From a virus, in the IMG/VR virus record IMGVR_UViG_3300009180_000039, positions 6,243 through 70,242 of that record: a stretch of 64,000 nt of DNA; one strand, written 5' to 3'. This document shows, one piece after another, positions 29,010 through 38,458 of the stretch. The position numbers were made by a program, and so were the translations under genes. The notes under the pieces are model-generated. The model had not been told where the DNA came from and searched no databases. It saw only the letters and a list, made by a program, of their open reading frames with translations. Within the stretch, counting starts at the first letter, position 1. Each line of letters begins with the position of its first letter.

Positions 29010-29779
29010 TGGCTTTGTCCTGTAAAAACTTTGTACATCTGCATGACCTGTCCATGCATTTCATTGTATCTCGGCACCAAAGGACCATCAGGGATGGTCG
29101 TGGGTGGTGTATCTGTGTACCAGGAATTATCCTGAGCACCCATTCTACCGGAGCAGTGGTCGTCGAACGACATATCCCACATATACACATACCCTGGTCG
29201 GTCTGGCCCCTTTGGGGCACCGCCGAACTGGTCTCGCATACGCTGTAGGAACTGCTGGTCAAAGATCGGCAGAACGCAGGTGCCGTAGCCCCCAATCGCT
29301 CGTAGCGATTCTAGGCGATAAGCACTACTAGCCCAAAACCGACCCCCGGAGTCCTCAACCCTGAACTGTCCCCCGTAGCTACTATACACCTTGCTTGGGT
29401 AGCTCCAAGGTTCTGTTTCCAGAACTTTTGCATGATCGCTGAGAAAGTGCGGTAGGTACAGGTCGTCATCGTCCATGACGCAGACGTAGGCATCGTGCCA
29501 CACCGGAATATCAGCTTCGGCAACGCCGAAGTCGTACTTAGCCATTAGGAATGGGAACCGTTCTGGGACTGTGATGTGATAGATCCCTCGGTCGTTTGAC
29601 GACCCTTGAAGTGTTCGCATTTGCTGCGACGGGTATCCGGGGCGGTCGTCAATCAGATACAGTTCGGCTCTGCCTTCGTAATCCTGCGAAAGAAAACACT
29701 GCATCAGGTTTTCAGTCCACTCTTGCCGGTGATTCCAAACGGCACAGAGGCAAATGAACAAGGGGGTTTTATTACTCAT
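29006..29779 (-). CDS. GT2-family glycosyltransferase
   Basis: FLSQDY, LIDD, MDDDDLYLP.FLS (DxD) motifs. Confidence 0.85.
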   Translation of the reverse strand: MSNKTPLFICLCAVWNHRQEWTENLMQCFLSQDYEGRAELYLIDDRPGYPSQQMRTLQGSSNDRGIYHITVPERFPFLMAKYDFGVAEADIPVWHDAYVCVMDDDDLYLPHFLSDHAKVLETEPWSYPSKVYSSYGGQFRVEDSGGRFWASSAYRLESLRAIGGYGTCVLPIFDQQFLQRMRDQFGGAPKGPDRPGYVYMWDMSFDDHCSGRMGAQDNSWYTDTPPTTIPDGPLVPRYNEMHGQVMQMYKVFTGQSQ

Positions 29780-30075
29780 TATCTTCGGTCTCTCATTTCC
29801 CTTAAAATCTTACGAATAGGATCAATCTGTTTACGATTCTGTCTAGTCATCAAATCCCCACCACTGAGATCGTTCCGATCTAGGGGGTTGAATATGGGCT
29901 GCCTCGCAGCCGCCCGTTGCCGGTATACCTCAATCCGTTCCCATGTACCCGGTAGGCTACCAGTAGCCTCTTGGTACACTAGGGGGTCGTCGTCCCCATA
30001 GACCAATAAGGCTTCCTCTTTCGAGGCTGGCATGAAGCGTTCCGCTTCCGGTAGGTAGTCTTGGTTACGTCCCAC
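29779..30075 (-). CDS. Hypothetical protein
   Basis: T..LPGT.ER..VY..R.....IF.P.D motif; GTG start coupled to the upstream stop. Confidence 0.65.
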   Translation of the reverse strand: MGRNQDYLPEAERFMPASKEEALLVYGDDDPLVYQEATGSLPGTWERIEVYRQRAAARQPIFNPLDRNDLSGGDLMTRQNRKQIDPIRKILREMRDRR

Positions 30076-30278
30076 TACTTTGTTCTCGATTCGAAAAGTA
30101 CAAGGACAAATGCCCCAGCAACCACACTTAAAGTCACTGGCCATGCCGCACATGCCAAGTAGCTAAACAAGGCGCGGTCGTACTTGTCTGGGATCGCATC
30201 ATCTAGGCTAAAGTACATAGGCAATAGCGATACAAAGGCCACTAGGAAGTAAGCTCCCAAGCAGGCAATAAGTATCAT
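30075..30278 (-). CDS. Small two-TM membrane protein
   Basis: Two hydrophobic stretches; ATGA coupling. Confidence 0.6.
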   Translation of the reverse strand: MILIACLGAYFLVAFVSLLPMYFSLDDAIPDKYDRALFSYLACAAWPVTLSVVAGAFVLVLFESRTK

Positions 30279-30856
30279 AATTCCATCACGTTCCCCCGAG
30301 CAAGCTCGGGAATATGAGTAACCATCAAAAACTGAAACCCTAGCTCGCTAGCGAGCGAATCCAACAAAGCCGCTACGCGGCCCCTGTGCTCTGCACTAAG
30401 GAACCGGAACGGTTCATCGAGTATGAGCACCTGTGCCGGTCTAGGCATCGATAGGACTAGCGTAGCGAGTCTCAAAGCAAAGGCGATAATGTCTACTACC
30501 CCGCCCCCGTTGGACTTGAGTGGATCATACTGGTTTCCTTCACCGTCCACAAGCACAAAGCGAACTTCGCTCTGATCCCGCTTACGTTCATACGCCAATT
30601 GGAATCGATACCGATTCTCTGGAAAAATGTCCGCTAGGCATCGAGTAACAAACTGCTCTAGGCTTGCCTTGGCTTGCATCTGGCACTGTAGAGCTAGGGT
30701 CTTGGTCGCTTCCGCGACTTCGGCTAGGTCTTCCTTAGCGAACTGCAAGTTCTGGTACTTCTTTGTCTCGATGGCGAGCATCGCCTCTAGGGCCTCTTTA
30801 TCCCGCTTGCGGGATAGTTGGGCCAAGAGTTCTGGTTTATACCACTCCGAGAGCAT
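30275..30856 (-). CDS. sbcC: SbcC/Rad50-like ATPase, C-terminal half
   Basis: Coiled coil, signature-like SNGGG, Walker B LILDEP, D-loop, H-switch MVTH; no Walker A. Confidence 0.88.
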   Translation of the reverse strand: MLSEWYKPELLAQLSRKRDKEALEAMLAIETKKYQNLQFAKEDLAEVAEATKTLALQCQMQAKASLEQFVTRCLADIFPENRYRFQLAYERKRDQSEVRFVLVDGEGNQYDPLKSNGGGVVDIIAFALRLATLVLSMPRPAQVLILDEPFRFLSAEHRGRVAALLDSLASELGFQFLMVTHIPELARGNVMEL

Positions 30857-31073
30857 CGTATTCCGCCTTGAGTTTGGTGACTTCAGCTTCTTGCTCAGAA
30901 ATCTGAGCCGCAAGCTGTTCGATCTTAGCTTCAGCTTCCGCCACTGTTGATACGTGGAATTCCTTCTTTAGTCGTTCGAGGAGCATATCTCTCTGCCCCA
31001 GTAGTCTGTTGCGTTTCCCCTGAAGGTCTTGCAGTTGATTGGTCAATTCTGCTAATGTTTGTTCTTTGGCCAC
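30837..31073 (-). CDS. Small coiled-coil protein
   Basis: 78-aa heptad-rich ORF between sbcD and the sbcC C-half. Confidence 0.7.
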   Translation of the reverse strand: MAKEQTLAELTNQLQDLQGKRNRLLGQRDMLLERLKKEFHVSTVAEAEAKIEQLAAQISEQEAEVTKLKAEYDALGVV

Positions 31074-31186
31074 AGCAACGCTCCGCTGTTAGGGTACACT
31101 TACCGTTAAATTGATAGATACAATCTGCCTCTGTACTTTCACAGTAAGCGGGACCAGTGGCGAGTACCTCGCCACACTGGCGACAC

Positions 31187-32080
31187 TTAATCACGCTTTT
31201 GCATGTGTTCAAGAAGGTCATGGTAGATTACCTGCTGTGCTGGAGTCGCCTGCTGTGCTCGCATCTCTAGGGTTTCCCTGAAGGATGCTGCGGATACTGT
31301 CATCGCTGAGAGCGATGCTACGATACTGTCTACCTTTTCCTGTACAGCCGTAGGCTGCCATTGGGGCTCTAGTTCAGGGAACGGGACCGCTGCATAGCTA
31401 TTGTCGTCGTAGACGACCCCTAGCTTAGGCACATGGCCCACTTGGGCACTGGTCATCGCTAACAGCGAGCCGTGGTTGACTAGCCGGGGCATCGACCAAG
31501 CGATATGATTGTCCCCGATGGCTACGCCATCAAAGCACTTCAGATAATTGGTCATCTTAGTTACATGGAATTCTTCGTCTGCTCCGACATAGGAATTTGC
31601 TTGATGGGTCCAGACATATTTGTGGAGCAGGCAAAGCCTGAACATGCCTTGGTGTGGGTCAGTCTCGGGCATAACGTAGCTGCCCCAGGGCTGTGAGTAC
31701 ATAGCCACTGCGGCACGCATCGTGCCCATAGTTTTCCATTGCCCGGCATCGAGATCCTCGATGATTCCGGCCTTTATCAAGGCCCCATAGGCTCCGTGGT
31801 GTCTAGCCGAATACTGGTGCGACGCCAGATCATGTTGTCCTGGTATGCAGTACAACTTCATGCCCTTGAGCGATGAAATCGCCCATGAGACTAGGGAAGC
31901 CGGAGGATCGGGACGATCAAATAGGTCGCCTGCGACCGCAATAGGGACATCCGGATACGCAGCCTTTAGCTGGTTGATCCGTTGGTCCATTACATCGAAC
32001 CAAGACTTCTCCGCCCTGGAACAGGGCATAGTAGTCCGTAGGTGCCAGTCACTACTGGTGATTAGGATGGGTTGCTTCAC
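31187..32080 (-). CDS. sbcD: SbcD/Mre11-like metallophosphoesterase nuclease
   Basis: SDWH, GDLFD, GQHD, H and GDNH motifs; lies between the sbcC halves. Confidence 0.9.
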   Translation of the reverse strand: MKQPILITSSDWHLRTTMPCSRAEKSWFDVMDQRINQLKAAYPDVPIAVAGDLFDRPDPPASLVSWAISSLKGMKLYCIPGQHDLASHQYSARHHGAYGALIKAGIIEDLDAGQWKTMGTMRAAVAMYSQPWGSYVMPETDPHQGMFRLCLLHKYVWTHQANSYVGADEEFHVTKMTNYLKCFDGVAIGDNHIAWSMPRLVNHGSLLAMTSAQVGHVPKLGVVYDDNSYAAVPFPELEPQWQPTAVQEKVDSIVASLSAMTVSAASFRETLEMRAQQATPAQQVIYHDLLEHMQKRD

Positions 32081-33207
32081 TGATCTTTCTCCAATAGTTT
32101 CCCGCATGTAGGGCAGAACTGCCCCATAGCTTCCTTGGCCGTTTCCACGGCCTTGATCTCTGAATCAACCCCTACAAACTGCTGACGCAGTTCCTTGAGA
32201 TTGTTGATCATTTTAACCAAGACCGTCTTACGGTCCCTTGTTGCAGTAACTATACACTCGGCTCTGCCCAATAGCTTCGGAATTTCCGAAGAAACGGAAT
32301 CAATATCCAACATTACTTTAACTAATTCAGCTACAGTAGTCACAAAATCGACGCGATTTCGCTTCATCGTCACCAGGGCCTCTAGCGAGGCCGCTAACGC
32401 ATCCAGTCGCGGGAGCGACTCAGAAGCCCTATAATCAATCAAAACGCTTCCTAGGGCCTGTTTTGAAGCCCGAATTTCTGTTAGCCGTGAAACGGCTGCT
32501 AAATACCGTTGCCCAGCAATCTCTTTTGCATTCACAGCTACCATCCGCTCTCCCAGGCTGCGGCATTCCTCCACAATCTTGTTGATGTCCGAAGACATCT
32601 TAGCCATGATCTCGCCATTGATTACAATAGCTTCCACCGACCGCAGAATCGCAAGGCGATTATCTAGGTCACTGAAGGTTAGAATTTGCACCCCTAAATC
32701 AGAGCATCGGGATTCCGATAGTTCGATCTCGGTGTTGCTGCGAATCTCTCGGGTCTTGATCCAAGTCAAAGCGACATCAATGTCGTCCAGAGCCACAATC
32801 TTGTTGATCTCTTTGGCAGCTTGCCCTGGAGTCAAGCTAAGCAAGAAGTGGGGGTCATGCTGCCCTTGGAAATTGATCTCGGATAGATTATGACGTGCTT
32901 GCACGTCCTTGGGCTGCTCTTTCCCGCAGGCTAGGTACTCGGCTTGGCCGAGTTTGTAGCCGTACTTCTTTTTGTCGCGGAAGCGAACGATTGGTCCCTC
33001 GTCGGTTTTTACACCGACCTTGACCGAGGTTTCGCCGTGGGTAATGATCCCGTCTTGAGATTCATGCAAAGCTAGCCATTTGATGGCTCTGATTATCGCG
33101 GATTTCCCGCGATCTGTAGGCCCTACGATTACGTTAAGCCCTGGGGACAGGGCGAGACGTAATTGGCGATGGGCTTGGAAGTTCTCTAGGCGGATTTCTT
33201 GGATCAT
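32077..33207 (-). CDS. sbcC: SbcC/Rad50-like ATPase, N-terminal half ending in a zinc hook
   Basis: LENFQ.H, Walker A GPTDRGKS, Q-loop, coiled coil, terminal CPTCG. Confidence 0.9.
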   Translation of the reverse strand: MIQEIRLENFQAHRQLRLALSPGLNVIVGPTDRGKSAIIRAIKWLALHESQDGIITHGETSVKVGVKTDEGPIVRFRDKKKYGYKLGQAEYLACGKEQPKDVQARHNLSEINFQGQHDPHFLLSLTPGQAAKEINKIVALDDIDVALTWIKTREIRSNTEIELSESRCSDLGVQILTFSDLDNRLAILRSVEAIVINGEIMAKMSSDINKIVEECRSLGERMVAVNAKEIAGQRYLAAVSRLTEIRASKQALGSVLIDYRASESLPRLDALAASLEALVTMKRNRVDFVTTVAELVKVMLDIDSVSSEIPKLLGRAECIVTATRDRKTVLVKMINNLKELRQQFVGVDSEIKAVETAKEAMGQFCPTCGKLLEKDQ

Positions 33208-33467
33208 TCTTTACCCTTAGCCGTTTCATGGTATTGTTTCACAATCTTTCGCAAGTGTTTCCACTTGACTCGTTTATCTAAAGGTCGGTCCCCGACGAAC
33301 TGGAGTTCGAAACCGCCTTCGCGGTCAGGAACAAACATAGCGATAGTCCACTTGTACTTTCCTGCTTCGTCCCATAGGCAAATGTGCCCGTTCTCGGTTA
33401 GCTCTAAAGGATAGCGGGTTGGCACTTCCTGTGGATTGTAGTGCTTAGTGGATACTGGTTTATCCAT
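33204..33467 (-). CDS. Hypothetical protein
   Basis: 87-aa coupled ORF. Confidence 0.65.
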   Translation of the reverse strand: MDKPVSTKHYNPQEVPTRYPLELTENGHICLWDEAGKYKWTIAMFVPDREGGFELQFVGDRPLDKRVKWKHLRKIVKQYHETAKGKE

Positions 33468-33952
33468 TAGTACCTAGCCTCCATTCTGAAGCTATCGGTC
33501 ACTTTTATCTTCTTGCCGCTGCAAAACACCACAGCAAATATGTCCCATGCCCAAGCTTCCATCAGGAACTCGGTCATCATCTGCCCACCAATGCCCCCAA
33601 AGGGGCCTGCGGTGCTACCGAACACCTGTAGCCATCGAACATACTTCAGTTCATCTGGGTAGCGGATACCGCTAGATAGGACGCCTGTGCACTTTAAGTA
33701 TAGGTTCAGATACCCTAGGGCCGTTTCACGGTCCATAGACGGGGTGAGCGGGGAACCTGCTCTAAGGTAATGGGTGACCTCCTCAACTGTTCCACGCTTG
33801 TATTGGGTCGCATTGAGCCAAGCAACGTATTCATCACAAGACTCTTTGCTGTGCTTGTAGGCTACATGCCGAATTGGTCGTAGTGTCTCTATCTCCGTAG
33901 GACGGAGACTGACGATTTCGTACAGTTCATCTGGTTTCTTGTTCATACCCAC
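33467..33952 (-). CDS. Hypothetical protein
   Basis: 161-aa coupled ORF with Q.FGSTA..FGGIGG..MT motif. Confidence 0.7.
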   Translation of the reverse strand: MGMNKKPDELYEIVSLRPTEIETLRPIRHVAYKHSKESCDEYVAWLNATQYKRGTVEEVTHYLRAGSPLTPSMDRETALGYLNLYLKCTGVLSSGIRYPDELKYVRWLQVFGSTAGPFGGIGGQMMTEFLMEAWAWDIFAVVFCSGKKIKVTDSFRMEARY

Positions 33953-35163
33953 TCCCCAAGTTGATAGTATTTCCGCAACGGCAAACTATCCGTCCATAGG
34001 TCCGAGCGGACCCCTGACGTATACATCTGCATGATCCCCAAGTCCAACTCAGCCAAAGAGTCATAGGCATTATACGTCAGCAACGCACGCTTATCGGCCA
34101 AATGGATGGAATTATATCCCCCTTCGTCCGAGTTTTCAAAGTGCTTATCGACCTCACCAGCGAAGTACCGCTGCCCGAGGTCTCGGAAAGCTTGGAACTT
34201 TAGGCCCGCTACGCCGGGCTGTGGGTCGTACATGTGCCCACTGAGAACATTGTCCCAAGTCCAGCGACGAACATTCACGCCGAATTTGACCTTGGACCAG
34301 CGTTCCTCAAACTTTAGGTTAGCAGCAATCTTGTAGGAATCGCTCAGTAGATAGGACCGCCAAGCGTCCATGACGCCCTCGGTCATAGGAAACGAGATAC
34401 AGTCCATCTTAGTGCCTTCTAGCCAAGCTACCGCAGCGGTATATACCTTGCTGCGGTGCTTCTCGGGCTTTAGGCAATTGGTTTCATAGTCAGGTGCAGA
34501 CAGGGGCGACTGGCTGGCTTTAGCCAGCATACGCCGAATCTCGTCTTCGTCATAGGAAATCTTAACCATTTTCCCGTAGTCCGGAACATGGTCGTAGGGA
34601 CGACCCTCTTGCTTCAGGGCCATGTCAAGGCCCTTGTATAAGTAAATCTGGGCTACCTTGGGATTAGCTTGGATGCCCTTAGCTCCGACCGGGAATATCC
34701 AAGCGTTCAATTCCCGAGAGGGAATCCTACGCCCGTACCAGTTATCCGGTAAACCGGCAGGCTCGCCCCAGAGCCATTGCACCACAGAAGCGAGTGCTCG
34801 CTTCCCGTAGACTATGATCTTCTCTGGATTCAGCTTCTTGATCTCATGGATCATTAGCGGCTGGCAATGCTGCCACGGGGTATTCTTGGGCTCAGAGCCC
34901 GTTACCGGGCAAGCAGCAGCGGGGATCAGGGTGAACTCATCGGAGGACAGACCAAAGCGACGGAGAACTCCGTCCAGCTTGTCTTGCTTGGCAAGACCTT
35001 TAGGGGAGTCTTCGCCGGGGCCATTGACGATGATAACCGTCTTGCCCTTTCGAATCGGTGCCTGTTTCCCGTGGTTGCATTGCCTAAGTAATCCACAAGC
35101 CTGACACTCCGGTAGGAGTGATCTAGGCTTGGATTCTGGGGCAGTTGAGAAGAACTGGAACAT
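33943..35163 (-). CDS. UDG-like (family 4/5 fold, degenerate) domain + DnaQ-like 3'-5' exonuclease; detached N-terminal part of PolA
   Basis: CxxCxL..C Fe-S-type motif, NGPG in place of GEAPG; Exo I DYETN, Exo II ANLKFE, Exo III YNAYD. Confidence 0.82.
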   Translation of the reverse strand: MFQFFSTAPESKPRSLLPECQACGLLRQCNHGKQAPIRKGKTVIIVNGPGEDSPKGLAKQDKLDGVLRRFGLSSDEFTLIPAAACPVTGSEPKNTPWQHCQPLMIHEIKKLNPEKIIVYGKRALASVVQWLWGEPAGLPDNWYGRRIPSRELNAWIFPVGAKGIQANPKVAQIYLYKGLDMALKQEGRPYDHVPDYGKMVKISYDEDEIRRMLAKASQSPLSAPDYETNCLKPEKHRSKVYTAAVAWLEGTKMDCISFPMTEGVMDAWRSYLLSDSYKIAANLKFEERWSKVKFGVNVRRWTWDNVLSGHMYDPQPGVAGLKFQAFRDLGQRYFAGEVDKHFENSDEGGYNSIHLADKRALLTYNAYDSLAELDLGIMQMYTSGVRSDLWTDSLPLRKYYQLGEWV

Positions 35164-35164
35164 T

Positions 35165-36190
35165 TCATAGCTCCACTTCTGCACTTACGACCAAACAATA
35201 CCCATCGCCCTTGGTCCGTAAGGACGCTGGCGTTACTTCAATCTTACCATTGGACCTAAGCAACTCCGCCAAGGATTCTGGATTCATAGTGAAGCCTATC
35301 GGCTTCCCGGCGTAGGTAACCTGCTTCTCTTCGTAGAAGTCGCCGTAGGCGTTCTGTGCACGCACAGTAAGCACATGGTCCGCAAGGCGGACATCGACTA
35401 TCTTGCCCGAGGCATTCTCTGCTACGAACGGGATAGCTCTCTGGACTACATCGGCTACAGTTCGAGGCATCTCGAACTCAGCCACAGTCTCTTGAGAGAA
35501 TATCTCCGATAGGTTCGGGTACTCAGCATCCAGTAGTCGCACAGCGACCCGTGTACCTGAGTAGGTCTGAAACCAAACGAACTCAGTCCCATAGCTCGCT
35601 TTAGCGAGTCCTAGTCCGGTGACCGGCTTGATGCTTTCGCCTCGTACAAGCACGGTCCCAGCATCCCTGCCCGTGGCTACTAGGTAGCGTAGGGCCTGAT
35701 GCCTATTAGTTGCCTGTAACCCTTTGGGGGTTACGGCTATGCAGTTAAGGGCGAAGTTATCGTCCTTCTTGGCGGTTATACCCGCCGCTAAGGCTAGTGC
35801 CTCACTGAACACAGGAGGTAGGTCCGTGAACACGGACGGCTTCTCTACTTCGCTAATGTCGAGTAGAACATCGGTGGACATGGTTAGGCGTTGCTTACGT
35901 CCGGTGCCCTTAATCGTTATCGACGATTCTTCGGCTACGACGTTTAAGATTTCGTCAGGCGATTTCCTTAAAGTCTCGACCAAGGGCTTTGCAGGCAAAG
36001 CACCGTGGCACATTAGCTTCTCGCCCTCGTCGTTGCAGAGCAACGCTTGGCACAGGATCTCGCCGTTGTAGGTCGTGACTACGCCTTCGTTGAAAACGAA
36101 GCAGGAACTCTGCTCCGCTGAGTCTTTTGTGTTAAGTCCTGCTGAGCAGGACTCTAAGATCCTAAGCAGGGTTTGCCGGTTAAACTGCAT
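35165..36190 (-). CDS. dnaN: DNA sliding clamp (Pol III beta-like)
   Basis: 341 aa; TYNGEI, ATN.H, L.D.EYP.L..IF, I.F..NP..L..L motifs of the beta clamp. Confidence 0.8.
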   Translation of the reverse strand: MQFNRQTLLRILESCSAGLNTKDSAEQSSCFVFNEGVVTTYNGEILCQALLCNDEGEKLMCHGALPAKPLVETLRKSPDEILNVVAEESSITIKGTGRKQRLTMSTDVLLDISEVEKPSVFTDLPPVFSEALALAAGITAKKDDNFALNCIAVTPKGLQATNRHQALRYLVATGRDAGTVLVRGESIKPVTGLGLAKASYGTEFVWFQTYSGTRVAVRLLDAEYPNLSEIFSQETVAEFEMPRTVADVVQRAIPFVAENASGKIVDVRLADHVLTVRAQNAYGDFYEEKQVTYAGKPIGFTMNPESLAELLRSNGKIEVTPASLRTKGDGYCLVVSAEVEL

Positions 36191-36192
36191 GA

Positions 36193-36693
36193 CTATTCCG
36201 TAATCTTGTAGGTAAACTTGATTCCCGTTTCATTCGCCCGCCCAGGGAAGGCTTCCGCCTTCAAAGGCAACCGAGCCTTAAAGCCTACCGTCCGTAGGAA
36301 CAATTGCAAGTCAAGATCATCCTCTGGGACCACGAAGTTGATCCGAGATACATCAGGGGTCAAGTCCCCTAGCAGGGTAAGCAGTAATCGGGTTCCGATT
36401 CCACACTTCCGTAGTTCGGGTTCCACGAACACGTTCAAGATGGACACGCTCGTTGCCGAGCCCGGTCCCACTAGCAGATAGCCACAGACACTATTCTGTT
36501 TGCCATGCAAAGCCACGTAGCACAGAATGTCTACCTGCTCCTCGGCTAAGGTCCATTTCCACTCCCGAAGTGACATCGGGGAGGGGTTATGTCTCTTGTC
36601 GAAGTTGGCCAGGATTCTGGCCTGGGCAGGGAACGCAGTTGAATACCGCACGAACTCATGCAAAGGCTTCCTAGCGGGTCGTTTTTTCGGCAT
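36193..36693 (-). CDS. GNAT acetyltransferase (RimI-like)
   Basis: V.PE.R..GIG..LL acetyl-CoA motif, V.E.DL..Q.FL...GF. Confidence 0.85.
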   Translation of the reverse strand: MPKKRPARKPLHEFVRYSTAFPAQARILANFDKRHNPSPMSLREWKWTLAEEQVDILCYVALHGKQNSVCGYLLVGPGSATSVSILNVFVEPELRKCGIGTRLLLTLLGDLTPDVSRINFVVPEDDLDLQLFLRTVGFKARLPLKAEAFPGRANETGIKFTYKITE

Positions 36694-37171
36694 AGTGTGT
36701 TTTCCAGAGGTCTTCCAACCAAGCTTTGTTTTCGTAGCACAGGAACGCTTCGAGGGACGAAATGATAGTGTAGGAGCCGTAGATGGGCGATAGCCAGATA
36801 ACAGCATCCTTCCTATCCCGTTTGTGGATTACAGCATGGCCGGGTGTCCCGGCAAGGCTGGCAGACTTCTCGGCTTGTGCTATGAAGTCATAGAAGCCTC
36901 CAGACTTCTTTTCGAACACGTCAGCTATGCTGACCTTGGGATACCCTCGCTTTAGTTCAAAGGTAATCAAGTCCAGTAGCTTCTGCCCATCAGAACATTG
37001 GGCGCACAAATCGCCCGCTGAGTTCAGGGTTCGCATTCCTTTCTTAGCCCTTTGGGTGGCTCTGCCACCAGATTGACTGGCTCGCCAGAACCAGTCGTCG
37101 GCTTTGCCGTCGCTCCACCATAAAGATAACTCTCGGGCTGTATCCCTTTCAAACTGGCCGCCTTTAGCCAT
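36671..37171 (-). CDS. Holliday junction resolvase (PD-(D/E)xK)
   Basis: KG..FER..A..LS.W, SGGRA, GD, ELK motifs. Confidence 0.85.
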   Translation of the reverse strand: MAKGGQFERDTARELSLWWSDGKADDWFWRASQSGGRATQRAKKGMRTLNSAGDLCAQCSDGQKLLDLITFELKRGYPKVSIADVFEKKSGGFYDFIAQAEKSASLAGTPGHAVIHKRDRKDAVIWLSPIYGSYTIISSLEAFLCYENKAWLEDLWKTHYAEKTTR

Positions 37172-37511
37172 TTGGCAACTCCTCGACAGCTACCCCTAAA
37201 GCTTTCAGCTTTGCCAAGACCGCAGGGCGGTCCTTAACCATGTTGTCAACATCGGCAGGGGTGATACCCCTGGCATTGTACTCCTCCAACCAGCGGTCAC
37301 TCAGCGACCCTAAAACCATCTGCATCAGGTGCCGGTCCTTAATCCGGCTGCGACCCTTGCGTAGCTTAGGCAGGCGTTTCGCCTGCTCAGCACTTAACCG
37401 CATTTCCCGTAGGCCCAGCAAGCGGATATTCCGCTTAATGCGGGCTGCTTCCTTGATCTTGTTTTGCTTGCCGATGATTGCTTTGATACGCCGAATCTCT
37501 GACTTTTTCAT
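37164..37511 (-). CDS. Basic hypothetical protein
   Basis: Arg/Lys-rich; ATGA-coupled start MKKSE. Confidence 0.65.
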   Translation of the reverse strand: MKKSEIRRIKAIIGKQNKIKEAARIKRNIRLLGLREMRLSAEQAKRLPKLRKGRSRIKDRHLMQMVLGSLSDRWLEEYNARGITPADVDNMVKDRPAVLAKLKALGVAVEELPNG

Positions 37512-38347
37512 TCCATCTCCCATCCAAAGGTTACAGCACCGATATGTTCCGCAAGGACACCCCACTTGATAGGGGTGTCCTGCACCACTAACTTCACGTC
37601 CATAGCCCCTTTCAGGGGCAAGCGGACCAGTTCAATGTTCTTAGTATACACAGCTAAGTTCTCACTAAACGCAGAATACTTAGCACTTTCTTGCGGTAAC
37701 TTCCCCCGCAGAAACTTCACCGCAGTCTTCTCGCCTACACCCTTGAGCCCAATGACATTATCGCTGACGCAGCCAGCCCATGCCTTGACACTAGACCACT
37801 GCGTAGGTTGGATCTCCCATTCCTTCCAAAAATCTGCTTCCGTGTACTCAGCCTTAGTCTGGGGGTCAAATAATTTGACCGAGGGAGACAATAGCTGGTA
37901 CAAGTCTTGGTCGCGGGACGCGACTACGAAATCCTTGTCAGGATTGTTTCGGATCGCAGAAGCGATTAGGTCATCTGCCTCATAGCCCGTCTGACCAAAG
38001 ATGTTGACACATCCCATGTCCTTCAATAGCTTAGGTAGGGCATTGACCTGCTCGTACATATCCTGTCTAGCCTGCTGCATATCGGCGGGTTCCGCTGCTC
38101 GCATCTTTTCCCGAGTCGCTTTGTACTCGGGGCAGATTTCCTTGCGTCGGCTTTGCCGACTGTCAAAGAAGAAAGCGACGTTCCACGTCGAATAGATATG
38201 CTGTAGCTTCTCGGCAGTCTGCCCTATCTGGTACAGGATGCCGGTAGGCATCTCATGGTTGTCTGGATGCCTGAGATTGCTAACGGTATGCAGGGCTCGG
38301 TGAGCGAGGTTGAAAACGTCAAGCAGGACGAAGCTATTAGGGTTCAT
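37508..38347 (-). CDS. 5'-3' exonuclease / flap endonuclease (RNase H-type)
   Basis: D..N, FD, YKA.R, EADDLI, S.D.DL.QL, SDN..G..GVGEKTA motifs. Confidence 0.93.
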   Translation of the reverse strand: MNPNSFVLLDVFNLAHRALHTVSNLRHPDNHEMPTGILYQIGQTAEKLQHIYSTWNVAFFFDSRQSRRKEICPEYKATREKMRAAEPADMQQARQDMYEQVNALPKLLKDMGCVNIFGQTGYEADDLIASAIRNNPDKDFVVASRDQDLYQLLSPSVKLFDPQTKAEYTEADFWKEWEIQPTQWSSVKAWAGCVSDNVIGLKGVGEKTAVKFLRGKLPQESAKYSAFSENLAVYTKNIELVRLPLKGAMDVKLVVQDTPIKWGVLAEHIGAVTFGWEME

Positions 38348-38458
38348 CGTCGCCCCCAAACAGGGCCGTGTAAACGGCCTCTGCTGCGTAGTACAATAGG
38401 AATAGGACTATACCTGTCAGGATCATGGACGCGAAAGCGTCTGTCATTGGGTTTAACA

